Below, piece by piece: positions 47,083 through 56,018 of a stretch of DNA of 56,180 nucleotides. Both the position numbers and the translations under genes were made by a program. Position 1 is the stretch's first letter, and each line of letters starts with the position of its first letter. Below the pieces are notes generated by a model. That model was not told the origin of the DNA. It searched no databases and saw only the letters and a list, made by a program, of their open reading frames with translations. The DNA is from Deltaproteobacteria bacterium (GTDB taxonomy: Bacteria; SAR324; NAC60-12), in assembly GCA_002683785.1 (NCBI GenBank), contig NYUB01000088.1, positions 5,160 through 61,339 of the forward strand, given 5' to 3'.

Positions 47083-48936
47083 TCAATTCTCAGCATCTAC
47101 GACGATGACTCCGGGAGGGATTGAGAAAGCATAAAGGCTTTCGACGATCCCTGCCCTGTGGTTGAGAACCGCCAGTTGGTTAATGTACCCCTTGTCCGTT
47201 GTTTCGTTACGGTCAATGCGTGGTGGCTCCTGCAGCAGAGAAAAACGTTCGAAGCGTGCGCTGCTTCCCTGGTGCTTGGAATTGTGTTTCTGAAAAACTT
47301 TGTGAAAAAAACCGACGACTTCAGGACATTGCAAAAAATCTGGATCATTCGGGTGTGCTTCCGAAACCTGAGGGAATTCCCCTCGTAGCCCAGGCAGGTT
47401 GGGAAAGACCATGGCCGTCAGGTAGTCGCGGTCCGGAGCGGCTACGACCACTTCCAGCAGGTAAGGCTGGCCGAGAGCGTTGATGCTGGACCGCAGACCG
47501 CTGTTATGAACCCAGGTCCCGCTGGCAAGTTTGAAATTCTCTGAAGTACGCCCGTCGAAAACAAGCCCGGCTTCAGGCTGATCCGGGTCCAAAAACCTAC
47601 CTCCGTCCTGGGTGAGGTAAAATCCCTCTTCGTCAAATGCCGCTGCGGTTGCCTCGGGCTGGTTGAAATAACCCGGTGTGATATTGGGGCCCTTCACCCG
47701 CAGTTCCGTCTTGCCTGAAGGATCTGGGGTCAGTTTAACTTCTACCCCTGGTATCGGCAATCCAATGACCCGGGCTTCATCGACCTTCCAATAAACCAAG
47801 GTTGCATCCGGCGATGTTTCCGTCGTTCCCCAACCGCTGAAAAAAGGTAATGGGTTTCCCAGAACTTCCTTACTCATTTGCTGCATGCCCTTGTAGGTTG
47901 ACTGGTCCAGTGCCGCTGCTGCGGTAAAAATAAATTTCAAGTTTTTGAAAAAAGCTTTTTTCAGCTGCTCATCGACTTTCATCTTCGCGTAAAGTGCTGT
48001 GTAGCTTCGGGGGACCCCAAAATAAATGGATGGAGAAATATCCCTGATATTTTCAATGGTTTTGTTCAAGCCGATTGGTGTCGGATTACCGTGGTCAATG
48101 TAAAAAGTTCCACCATGCTTGAGCATCATGTTGAAGACAAAATTTCCGCCAAAGGTGTGGTTCCAGGGGAGCCAGTCAATGATCACCTCGTTACGGTCCA
48201 TAAAGGGCCACATCTGGTGAATGCCTACCTGGTTTGTAACCATCATCCCATGGGTCACAATGACCCCCTTGGGGAGGTTGGTGGATCCTGAGGTGAACTG
48301 AATTTTTGCTACCGTATCCGGGGTGACTGCGTCAAATTGGGTCTGAGCCTCCATCGTGAGTTCGGTATCGTCCTCCAGCAGGGATTCGAAATCCATTACA
48401 TTTGAATGCTGTTCACTGTTGGAAAAAGCAAACATTTGCAGCTTGCCCAGTTCCCACTGGTTGAGTTTGTTCATGTGCAGGTCTGCATCGGACATGATCA
48501 ACAGGGGCGAGCCGGTTACATCCAGTATGTGCTTGATGTGTGAACCGGTTTTTGAAATAGCGGAATAGGCATAGCTAATCGGTGTCACTGAAAAACCCAC
48601 CTGCATACAAGCCAGCTTAAACAAAGCCATGTTGATGCAGTTTTCTGAAAGTAGGGCCAAAGGGCGTTCCGGGTCCAGTGCCCGTGCAACTAAGCCGTTG
48701 CTGAGACGGTTCACCTGGTGCCTGGCCTCCCCATAGCTCAATCCCTGCCATTCCCCATCCGGGTTTCTTTGCATCAGGAAAGGCTTCTGTGGAAATTCTT
48801 CTGCATTCCGATGCAGCCACGAGCAGAGGTTATCCGGGCAGGGTGCCAAGGGGACTTTGTTGCGGATGATCCTGCTTCCATCTTCCCGTTTTTCCAGTTC
48901 TACTTCCACGCTGCTCAACTTCATCGTCCCTGTCAT
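47083..48936 (-). CDS. Feruloyl-CoA-synthetase-like AMP-binding acyl-CoA ligase
   Basis: FTSGSTNLPKGV, DWLPWNHTFGGN, GWGTTET, FDGRTSENFKLASGTWV and ETTDKGYINQ motifs. Confidence 0.85.
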   Translation of the reverse strand: MTGTMKLSSVEVELEKREDGSRIIRNKVPLAPCPDNLCSWLHRNAEEFPQKPFLMQRNPDGEWQGLSYGEARHQVNRLSNGLVARALDPERPLALLSENCINMALFKLACMQVGFSVTPISYAYSAISKTGSHIKHILDVTGSPLLIMSDADLHMNKLNQWELGKLQMFAFSNSEQHSNVMDFESLLEDDTELTMEAQTQFDAVTPDTVAKIQFTSGSTNLPKGVIVTHGMMVTNQVGIHQMWPFMDRNEVIIDWLPWNHTFGGNFVFNMMLKHGGTFYIDHGNPTPIGLNKTIENIRDISPSIYFGVPRSYTALYAKMKVDEQLKKAFFKNLKFIFTAAAALDQSTYKGMQQMSKEVLGNPLPFFSGWGTTETSPDATLVYWKVDEARVIGLPIPGVEVKLTPDPSGKTELRVKGPNITPGYFNQPEATAAAFDEEGFYLTQDGGRFLDPDQPEAGLVFDGRTSENFKLASGTWVHNSGLRSSINALGQPYLLEVVVAAPDRDYLTAMVFPNLPGLRGEFPQVSEAHPNDPDFLQCPEVVGFFHKVFQKHNSKHQGSSARFERFSLLQEPPRIDRNETTDKGYINQLAVLNHRAGIVESLYAFSIPPGVIVVDAEN

Positions 48937-49360
48937 GGTTTTCCTCTTTAATTACATATGGTTGAACCGTTAAGTCTGATATCTAACGTCCTTTAGGATC
49001 GTTGGATGATGAATCCAGATCCATGTTTTGTATTCAGACCTTTGTTCGATCCAAAATACGTTTTCATGTTGGGGAACTCAATCCTTTGGTTTTAAAAAGT
49101 CTAAACCTTCCATTTCCATGAAAGGCAAATTTGAGAATAATGCAACCAGCTTTGGGCTTCAGGAGAGGATACCCAAGGGAGAAAAAAGGATATGCTTCTG
49201 AATGGATCAGCAGGTTCTTGCCCATCAATGTCCACGCGATAACAGGCTTGATTCAAAAACCTTTTCATGTTTGAGTGGCATCATTTATTTGAAAACTATG
49301 TCAAACAGATCAGGACATTGCTGATTTGAGTTTTCACTTCAAGGAAGGAGGACGAGGAAA

Positions 49361-49819
49361 ATGCCGATTCTTTATGCTGAAGATTACAAGGCTGGTGATG
49401 TGTTCGAACTTGGGACCTATGAATTGAAGCAAGAGGAAATCATCGAATTTTCACGAAAGTATGATCCTTTTCCGTTTCATGTTGATGAACAGGCAGCACA
49501 AGAAACGGTGTTTGGAGGCATCATATCGAGTGGATGGTTGACCGCCCTGGTTTGGCTGCGCATGATGCACGAATCATTTCTTTGCCATGAAACCACCATG
49601 GGTTCACCGGGTCATGAAGAAATGCTCTGGCCGAAACCGGTGCGACCTGGAGATCGTCTGAGTGGACAGGTGGAAATCAAGGAAAGTCGGGTGTCGGTCA
49701 GTAAACCCGATTTAGGTTTTGTCCGCTACACCAGCACATTGAAGAACCAAAACGGAGAGGACGTTTTCATCACGACCAGTACAATGATCGTGAAACCCCG
49801 TCCTGCAAAGAACGAATAA
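49361..49819 (+). CDS. MaoC-like (hotdog) dehydratase
   Basis: YAEDY, YDPFPFHVDE, FGGIISSGW and WPKPVRPGD motifs; GGAGG RBS. Confidence 0.88.
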   Translation: MPILYAEDYKAGDVFELGTYELKQEEIIEFSRKYDPFPFHVDEQAAQETVFGGIISSGWLTALVWLRMMHESFLCHETTMGSPGHEEMLWPKPVRPGDRLSGQVEIKESRVSVSKPDLGFVRYTSTLKNQNGEDVFITTSTMIVKPRPAKNE

Positions 49820-49934
49820 AGCATTCCAATCTTTAGAGGGGTGCCTCTGCCCACACAACCCTTAAAGTTGTCATGGAATGCTAGAGTACCCGCCATGACT
49901 CGAACTCAGAACTGATACATTAGAGCTTTATTTT

Positions 49935-50228
49935 TTAAGCTCCTTCTATAACAAACAGAAAACGGTCCGCGCCTCCATCGAGTTTTTTCAGGGCTGCTTG
50001 ATAATCCTCACTATGGTAGGCTTTCTGAGCTGCCTCAACGTTTTCAAATTCTAATATAACCGCTCTTTCAGGTGGAATTCCTTCGATTCTGGTAATATTT
50101 GCGCCTCTTGCTAATACTTTCTTTCCACCGTTAGCCATCATTGCTGGGAGAGCATCTGCACCATAATTTTGCATTTTTTCTGGGTCAATAATTTTATTGT
50201 AAACCGCAACGAGATAAGCGTTTGCCAT
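49935..50228 (-). CDS. DUF1330 family protein
   Basis: AYLVA...LARG...VILEFENVEAAQKAYHSEDYQ...IEG pattern. Confidence 0.85.
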   Translation of the reverse strand: MANAYLVAVYNKIIDPEKMQNYGADALPAMMANGGKKVLARGANITRIEGIPPERAVILEFENVEAAQKAYHSEDYQAALKKLDGGADRFLFVIEGA

Positions 50229-50364
50229 AATGTGTTCCCCTTTTTTGTTTTGAAAAAAAGTTATTATAGATTTTGATGCCTATTCCTCCCAAGGCAAAAA
50301 TCTTCAGCCTTTTGTTTGGCAGGGAACCTTCGGAAAGCAACGTCATAGCCTACATGTTTCCCCA

Positions 50365-50685
50365 TCACTTCCCGCATCCCAGGTGCAGTAAAGGGCGATA
50401 AGCCCCCTGAATGAGTTTCGACTTGGAAATCCCTCCATTTCGGTCTGACTTATGCATCTCAGAACATGAACCGTCCGTGGGTGAACGATAAGTTCTCTGA
50501 TACGCAAAAAATGACCAATCGAGAAGAACATTATCTGCTTGCGGGCGGTGCACCTCTTTAGGACCACCTATCCATGACACCCCCCGTGTCGATTTGAAAG
50601 AATCTGTGGGATCATCTTTCAGAATGTACCCGATTCTGAAGACTCCGATCAGAACTTTATCAAAAAAAGTAAAAAGCTTGAGCAT
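50365..50685 (-). CDS. Hypothetical ORF (doubtful)
   Basis: ATG abuts the stop codon of the upstream methyltransferase; no recognisable family. Confidence 0.25.
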   Translation of the reverse strand: MLKLFTFFDKVLIGVFRIGYILKDDPTDSFKSTRGVSWIGGPKEVHRPQADNVLLDWSFFAYQRTYRSPTDGSCSEMHKSDRNGGISKSKLIQGAYRPLLHLGCGK

Positions 50686-51738
50686 CTAGATGCCGACTCG
50701 ATAGAAAAGACTCACGGGACTTTTTATCTTAAGGATTTCAAATTGACTGAATCCTGATTCCTTGATCAAATCTTCCATTTTTTGGGGCCCCATACAAGTA
50801 CCAAGGCCAGGGCCACCTGCAGCAATGGACTGAGTCATGCAGTGAAAGAGGCTCATTCCATAATACATACCTGCAATTGGGTTAATATTTTCTTCAAGTT
50901 TGTCTGCTGCCTTTGGTTCTACGATAAAGATTGATCCTCCTTGACGCAGCATCTTTTTTAGAGATTTCAGGATTCCCACTGGATCCACAAGATCATGGAT
51001 ACAGTCAAGTATTGTAATTAGGTCAAATTGTTGATCTTCAAGGGTTTCAATATTTCCATGGATGAAAGATATCTTGTCCTTGAATCCTGCATTTTGTGCA
51101 GACTGTTCTGCTTTTTGTATTGAAGTCAAATCCAAATCAATTCCATAACACGTGGTTCTTGGAAAAGCTTCGGCGAGGGTCATTGAAACATTTCCGGTAC
51201 CACACCCAAAATCGAGTGTTGTGCATCCTTCAGTCAATTTTTGGAAAATATCCGGTATGGATTTCATCCAATAACTCGCTAAACGTTGGCGGTAAGTTCC
51301 TTCGTTCATCAGACTGATTGCATCAACCCCTTCTTCTCCAAATTCGTTAAAGTGGACTCCACCTCCATTTCTGAATGCATCAGCAACTTTAGGTGCAACT
51401 CCAACCATCATAGGAACTGCAGAGAAAAGTCCTCCCATGAAATGATCCGTTCCATCTGAGGCCAGTAAAAAAGCATGTTCCTCAGGGAGTTCGAAGGTTT
51501 TTCTTTCTGGATGGTACTTGAGGTAACCCGTGCATACCATGCCTTTAAGCCACTCCTCGAGGTATCGGTTATTGAGCCCTGTTTTTTCCACAATCAATTC
51601 CAAAGTCATTTCGCCCTGATCTTTCATGATCTTAAAAATCCCATTTTTAACTCCCACATACGCCATCGCCGATCCCATGCTGCCAGCCAAGTCATGAAAA
51701 ATCTTTTGGGAAAATTCTCTTATTGTATTTTCATCCAT
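50686..51738 (-). CDS. Class I SAM-dependent methyltransferase with an N-terminal winged helix
   Basis: RYLEEWL, LPEEHA, LDFGCGTG, DCIHD and SLFHCMTQS...GLGT motifs. Confidence 0.88.
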   Translation of the reverse strand: MDENTIREFSQKIFHDLAGSMGSAMAYVGVKNGIFKIMKDQGEMTLELIVEKTGLNNRYLEEWLKGMVCTGYLKYHPERKTFELPEEHAFLLASDGTDHFMGGLFSAVPMMVGVAPKVADAFRNGGGVHFNEFGEEGVDAISLMNEGTYRQRLASYWMKSIPDIFQKLTEGCTTLDFGCGTGNVSMTLAEAFPRTTCYGIDLDLTSIQKAEQSAQNAGFKDKISFIHGNIETLEDQQFDLITILDCIHDLVDPVGILKSLKKMLRQGGSIFIVEPKAADKLEENINPIAGMYYGMSLFHCMTQSIAAGGPGLGTCMGPQKMEDLIKESGFSQFEILKIKSPVSLFYRVGI

Positions 51739-51841
51739 TTTCTCCTCTTTTCCTTCAATGAACCTAAAAGCCCAAAGTCGTTAGTTGATCTTGATCAGGA
51801 AGTTTTGCTACTCCGGATTCAGTTCAAATGGTGTCAGTTCC

Positions 51842-52177
51842 CTAGTTTACTTCAAATGCACGATTGACTCTCCATGAACCTATTTTCCCATAACCTTTCA
51901 CTTCAGCAAAAAACATCACCTGTGATGAAGGCTTTCCGGGTTCAGAAACGCTGTGCAGACCAACCAAGATCTCCTCGCTTTCAAAAAGGGTTTTACAATC
52001 TGAAATTCTTATATCTGTATCTGCTGCCCATTCAAGGGTTTCGTCTTTTGTCATTCTTTTATCATAGGTATTCGTGAAGACGAAATCATCGGAGAGAATT
52101 GCTGCGAGTGGACTGGAATCTCCATTCTCAAAGGACTCCTGGAATGCTCTCAGAGCCTGTTCTGCTGAAATTTTCAT
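51842..52177 (-). CDS. SnoaL/NTF2-like protein
   Basis: FENGDSSPLAAILSDDFVF pattern; GAGG RBS before ATG 52177. Confidence 0.7.
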   Translation of the reverse strand: MKISAEQALRAFQESFENGDSSPLAAILSDDFVFTNTYDKRMTKDETLEWAADTDIRISDCKTLFESEEILVGLHSVSEPGKPSSQVMFFAEVKGYGKIGSWRVNRAFEVN

Positions 52178-52651
52178 ATGACCTCTAATAATTAGGATGA
52201 ACGTGATGATAAGCAACAGTACATTTTCGTGCCGACCTTCCAAGACTAAAATTCGAATTAGGTATTTCGAAAGGAACCATCGATTGTCTCCCCAACCCTC
52301 CTACGGACATTAGGGCGAAGCATGTGCTCCCGCCGCGACTCGAATGCAGTTCATAGGGATCAGAAATTTCCAGCAAACGGACAGTTTTCAAAGTTCTTTC
52401 AATTTTGATGTCCTTTTGGTGGTCCTTTTGTTGAGTCTATCTGAGGATCCCGGGAATCCTTGATTTTCCATTAGAATAAATAAAGGGTTGACCTATTTAA
52501 GTTCCTGATGTGAGATGATTAAATCGATTGCGAAAATCGATTAGGTCTCCGCTCGTCCAAGTTAGGACTCGGTGCTGTGCAGTCTACCTTCTAGCAACCG
52601 TTCGGGCTGGAGAAAAAATCTCTGCCATTACTAAAAAAATCGGGAGGAACT

Positions 52652-52861
52652 ATGACTGAAAGTGTGTATAAAGTTATCGAACTGGTCGGAACCAGTACAG
52701 AGTCCTGGGAGAAGGCTGCTACAGCCGCAGTGGAAAAAGCTTCCAAATCGGTACGTAACCTCCGAATCGCTGAAGTTATTCAATTGGACATGCAGATTGA
52801 GGAAGGCAAAATGCTCGCTTTCCGTGCGAAGGTGAAAGTCTCTTTCAAGTTCGAAGACTAG
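52652..52861 (+). CDS. Dodecin (flavin-binding) family protein
   Basis: VYKVIELVGTSTESWEKA...KVKVSFKFE; GGAGG RBS. Confidence 0.92.
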   Translation: MTESVYKVIELVGTSTESWEKAATAAVEKASKSVRNLRIAEVIQLDMQIEEGKMLAFRAKVKVSFKFED

Positions 52862-53112
52862 GCTCCTTTCCAAGGGTACGACCCTGATATCTGGAAAGCT
52901 AAAATGCTGAAGGACAGGGATGAGACTCTTGTTGGAGGAATATACTCATACAAAGAGTAGGGTAATTCCAATTCGGTAGGGGTCATAGCTTCGCGGGTGC
53001 AACCGCGACTACCTTGCCAGTTTAATCACACAAAATTCCTCTGCTTGTTCCCTGGTGCGGAACCAACGCCAGGAAACTTCAGAAGCCCCGTAATTTGATG
53101 TGTGATGAACAA

Positions 53113-53431
53113 CTACACTCCCTCAACAATTGAAGCATTTCTTATGACAGTCTCTTCTGGATTCTCTCTCAATTCTTTTAAAGCATCTTGGTATCTTGGA
53201 TCTTTCAATCCATCAAGAGCCTCTTGATGACTGTTAAATTCAACCACTACTGCAAACAAAAGCTTTTCACCCTGATTCATTGTCGGTTGACCAGCACCAA
53301 TTAATTTATAATTACCTGAATTCTTTTTTGCTTCCTCCTCGGGAATCAGACTCCATTTATTCAAATAATTATTCCATGTTCTCAGGGTTTTTTACTTCAA
53401 TCACATGATTAAGCAGTATCCTTTTTTTCAT
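53113..53431 (-). pseudogene. DUF1330-like gene with a frameshifted 5' end
   Basis: 3' frame has VVVEFNSHQEA...YQDAL...IVEGV; the 5' part (MKK...LNHVIEVKNPENME*) is in another frame. Confidence 0.6.
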
Positions 53432-53476
53432 CTCGATATTCCTTTTCCACTTTGGGTTCAAAAAAAATCATTAATT

Positions 53477-53671
53477 ATGGATCAATCAGAACACTTCAAA
53501 AGAGCCGAGCTAGCCTGTATCCACTCAGGACTTTGCAGGATGGCCCCTGACTTCATGGAAGTGCTTGAGAATACACGCAGACTCTATGGCAAGGAAGCGA
53601 GTCGAGTCCCTGAAAGTTTTGGAAACCGAATCACGCTTCCTGAAAGAGGATATCATAAAAAAATTTTATGA
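53477..53671 (+). pseudogene. Truncated peptidase M15 (D-Ala-D-Ala carboxypeptidase/endolysin-like) fragment
   Basis: HFKRAELACIHSGLCRMAPDFMEVLENTRRLYGK resembles the M15 N-terminus; similarity ends before the expected SGYR and catalytic motifs. Confidence 0.55.
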
Positions 53672-53700
53672 TTATTATCAGTGAGATGCATTATTATTTG

Positions 53701-53742
53701 TGCAATCGCAAAACAATTCCTTGACTTAATAGTGCGTTTGCA
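53701..53742 (+). promoter_or_regulatory. Two TGC-N4-GCA boxes (PhaR-like) flanking a TTGACT -35 element
   Basis: TGCaatcGCA at 53701-53710, TTGACT at 53721-53726, TGCgtttGCA at 53733-53742. Confidence 0.5.
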
Positions 53743-53811
53743 CAATAATGATTTTCATACAGATTATGTATTTCCTAAAATCGAATTTAACCTCATTGAT
53801 GAAAGGCAGCG

Positions 53812-54345
53812 ATGATTAATTTTACCGATTACAACAATAACGCCCAGAAGGCGGCCAACCAAGGGATGGAAACCTTCCTCAACTGGCAGAAGCAGGCCCT
53901 GGAAAACACCCTCTCGATGGTCGAAGAGGGACTTGCTGTGCAGGTGAAAAACCTGAACGAAACCCGCCAGCAATATCAGAACTGGGAACAGAACATGAAC
54001 CGGGAATTGGACAGCCAAAAGAACCAGTACAAGTCGATGGTCCTTAAATTCACTGAAACTTACTGGCCCGAGTCGAAAAACCAGTTTGAGCAGGCTGAAA
54101 AACTTTATGAGCAAAACATCGGCGGTATGATCGATAAAACCCGGGATATGGTTGGAAGCACTATCGAACGCAACATCGAAACCACTCTGACCTTCGAAAA
54201 GGAGTGGCTCAACAAACTCCGTGAAAATTACACCAGTGGAGCAGACAACCTTCGCAAGCAGTACGACATGATGACGTCCCTGCAGTCGGAGAAAAAGGAG
54301 GCCTCCGCAAAAAAGCCCGTTGCCAAACCCGAAACGACCAAATGA
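53812..54345 (+). CDS. Phasin-like (granule-associated) amphipathic helical protein
   Basis: All-helical and Q/N/E-rich with a Lys/Ala/Pro-rich tail (SAKKPVAKP); PhaR-like boxes upstream. Confidence 0.55.
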   Translation: MINFTDYNNNAQKAANQGMETFLNWQKQALENTLSMVEEGLAVQVKNLNETRQQYQNWEQNMNRELDSQKNQYKSMVLKFTETYWPESKNQFEQAEKLYEQNIGGMIDKTRDMVGSTIERNIETTLTFEKEWLNKLRENYTSGADNLRKQYDMMTSLQSEKKEASAKKPVAKPETTK

Positions 54346-54581
54346 GCCGAAGCAGGATCATGAACCGTTCAACAAAAAACACCCCTTCAAGGGAGGATAT
54401 CAATCTGGCTGTCAGCCGTTTTCTGGAAAAAGGCGGTCAGATCGAACATCAGAGAACAGTTAAGCAAGGACTTGTGTCACAAATGCTCGAAGAACACGGC
54501 TGGAACAATGATTCCAGTAGTGAATCAGACGAAAAGCTGATGCATAACTTCACAGGAATCCTCGGAGTCGAAGACCTCTGA
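54342..54581 (+). CDS. Small hypothetical protein
   Basis: ATGA overlap with the upstream gene; AVSRFLEKGGQI motif. Confidence 0.6.
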   Translation: MSRSRIMNRSTKNTPSREDINLAVSRFLEKGGQIEHQRTVKQGLVSQMLEEHGWNNDSSSESDEKLMHNFTGILGVEDL

Positions 54582-54590
54582 TTCTCCTCA

Positions 54591-54616
54591 ACCGGAAAGG
54601 AGTGATCCTTTCCGGT
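54591..54616. terminator. Perfect 11-bp hairpin (terminator or mRNA-stabilising element)
   Basis: ACCGGAAAGGA-GTGA-TCCTTTCCGGT; no strong U-tract follows. Confidence 0.5.
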
Positions 54617-54656
54617 CCTTCCACGGTATACAAGACTACAACTTCACATCAAACAA

Positions 54657-55193
54657 TTGGAAATGGACTTCACCAAATCCGTCAAATGCCATGCGATTAT
54701 GGCACTGATGGTCCTTCTTGGAACCCATCAGCCGTTAGCAGAAGTAAAGGTATTGGATTACAAACCGTTGGATTTTGGTCTCGAGATTCAAGGGATCAGG
54801 AAAACCGAAATCGAATGCCTGACACGCAACATCTATTTCGAAGCCGCCACCGAAGATGCTTCCGGCAAGCTTGCTGTGGCGATGGCAACCCTCAACCGGG
54901 TCAATCATTCAAAATTTCCCAACACCATCTGTGGCGTCGTCTACCAGGGTCCGAGGATCAAGCACAAAACCTGGGCCTGCCAATTCTCCTGGTTCTGTGA
55001 CGGTAAAAGCGACCGTATGAGAAACCGTAGGCTGCGGCATGAATCGAGAAGGATTGCGGCTCTTGCCCTGTTATTTCCAGAACATGACATCACTGGCGGT
55101 GCGACCCACTACCACGCAAGCTATGTTCAACCCTTCTGGGCCAAAAAACTGACCCTTACCAGAAAATTTGGTAAGCACATCTTCTACCGCTGA
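54657..55193 (+). CDS. Cell wall hydrolase, SleB/Hydrolase_2 family
   Basis: CLTRNIYFEA, NRV...FPNTICGVVYQ, CQFSWFCDG, ATHYHA and GKHIFY motifs. Confidence 0.92.
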   Translation: MEMDFTKSVKCHAIMALMVLLGTHQPLAEVKVLDYKPLDFGLEIQGIRKTEIECLTRNIYFEAATEDASGKLAVAMATLNRVNHSKFPNTICGVVYQGPRIKHKTWACQFSWFCDGKSDRMRNRRLRHESRRIAALALLFPEHDITGGATHYHASYVQPFWAKKLTLTRKFGKHIFYR

Positions 55194-55356
55194 TTCTCGT
55201 CTTATACAGTCTCCCTCAACACAGAAGGCTTGAACCCTTTTTTCCTGAATAAAATAAAGGACTCCGCTCGATTTTGTCGCGGTTTATGCCCTCCTTGAAA
55301 GGCGGGACCAAGTGTCTTAATCGTATGCGGCCAAACAGGAAAAAAAAGATCAAAGG

Positions 55357-55938
55357 ATGGCCGACCGCTACCAGAATTTCGAGGAACTGAGCCGCTCCGA
55401 AGATGCATTTCGGATCGAACATAGGCTGGTGCCCAACTCGACATGGCTGGTTGCAGCACCCCACGGCGGCAACATCGAAAGCAGAACCACGGAAATCGCG
55501 CGGGCCATCAGCCTTGCCGCGGACGTGAGTTTCTATTCGTTCAGAGGAACGAAAGAGCCTGATGGAGGAGACCTGCACCTGACCAGCCATCGATTCGACG
55601 AACCCCTCGCCCTTCAGTTGGCAGCTTCACACCCGAGACTGCTCTGCGTCCATGGAGTGCTTGCAGAAAACGGAGACGGAGCCTGGCTCATCCCGGGAGG
55701 TGCATACCAGCAAGGACTGGATCGCCTCAAACAAAAACTCACTGGACTGGTCAACCTCCGTGACCAAACCCCCCAAGGCAAACGCTATCCTGGACTCCGC
55801 CCCGACAACCTCTGTAACCGCGGAAGTTCTGGTGGCGGCCTCCAGCTCGAGCTCTCCAGCGGATTGCGGAAACAACTGCTCTCCAACCCAATATTACTCA
55901 ACTCCTTCTCCCAGGCCATCGCAGGAGCCATACACTAA
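55357..55938 (+). CDS. Poly-gamma-glutamate hydrolase family protein (PghP/DUF867-like)
   Basis: DRYQNFEEL, APHGGNIESRTTE, LHLTSHRFDEP, VHG, NLCNR and GLQLELS motifs. Confidence 0.88.
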   Translation: MADRYQNFEELSRSEDAFRIEHRLVPNSTWLVAAPHGGNIESRTTEIARAISLAADVSFYSFRGTKEPDGGDLHLTSHRFDEPLALQLAASHPRLLCVHGVLAENGDGAWLIPGGAYQQGLDRLKQKLTGLVNLRDQTPQGKRYPGLRPDNLCNRGSSGGGLQLELSSGLRKQLLSNPILLNSFSQAIAGAIH

Positions 55939-55992
55939 TACTCTGCTTGTATCTGGATAGACCTCATCCTTTGAGGATCTGTTTGTTGATCG

Positions 55993-56018
55993 AGGTTCGA
56001 TCCCCCTCGTCTCCACCA
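55993..56018 (+). mobile_element. Orphan 3' fragment of tRNA-Ala/tmRNA (att-site-like scar)
   Basis: GG-TTCGATC-CCCCT-CGTCTCC-ACCA = T-loop, 3' T-stem, acceptor strand and CCA; the upstream sequence cannot complete the T-stem or a cloverleaf. Confidence 0.65.

Noticed and set aside
52185-52630. Riboswitch or ncRNA in the SnoaL-dodecin intergenic region
   Set aside because: Some GC-rich segments are present, but there is no match to FMN, TPP, SAM, glycine or cobalamin consensus and no convincing fold by eye.
52975-53019. tRNA gene (stem-loop followed by ...GCCA)
   Set aside because: No TTC T-loop, D-arm or anticodon arm; kept only as part of an unexplained structured region.
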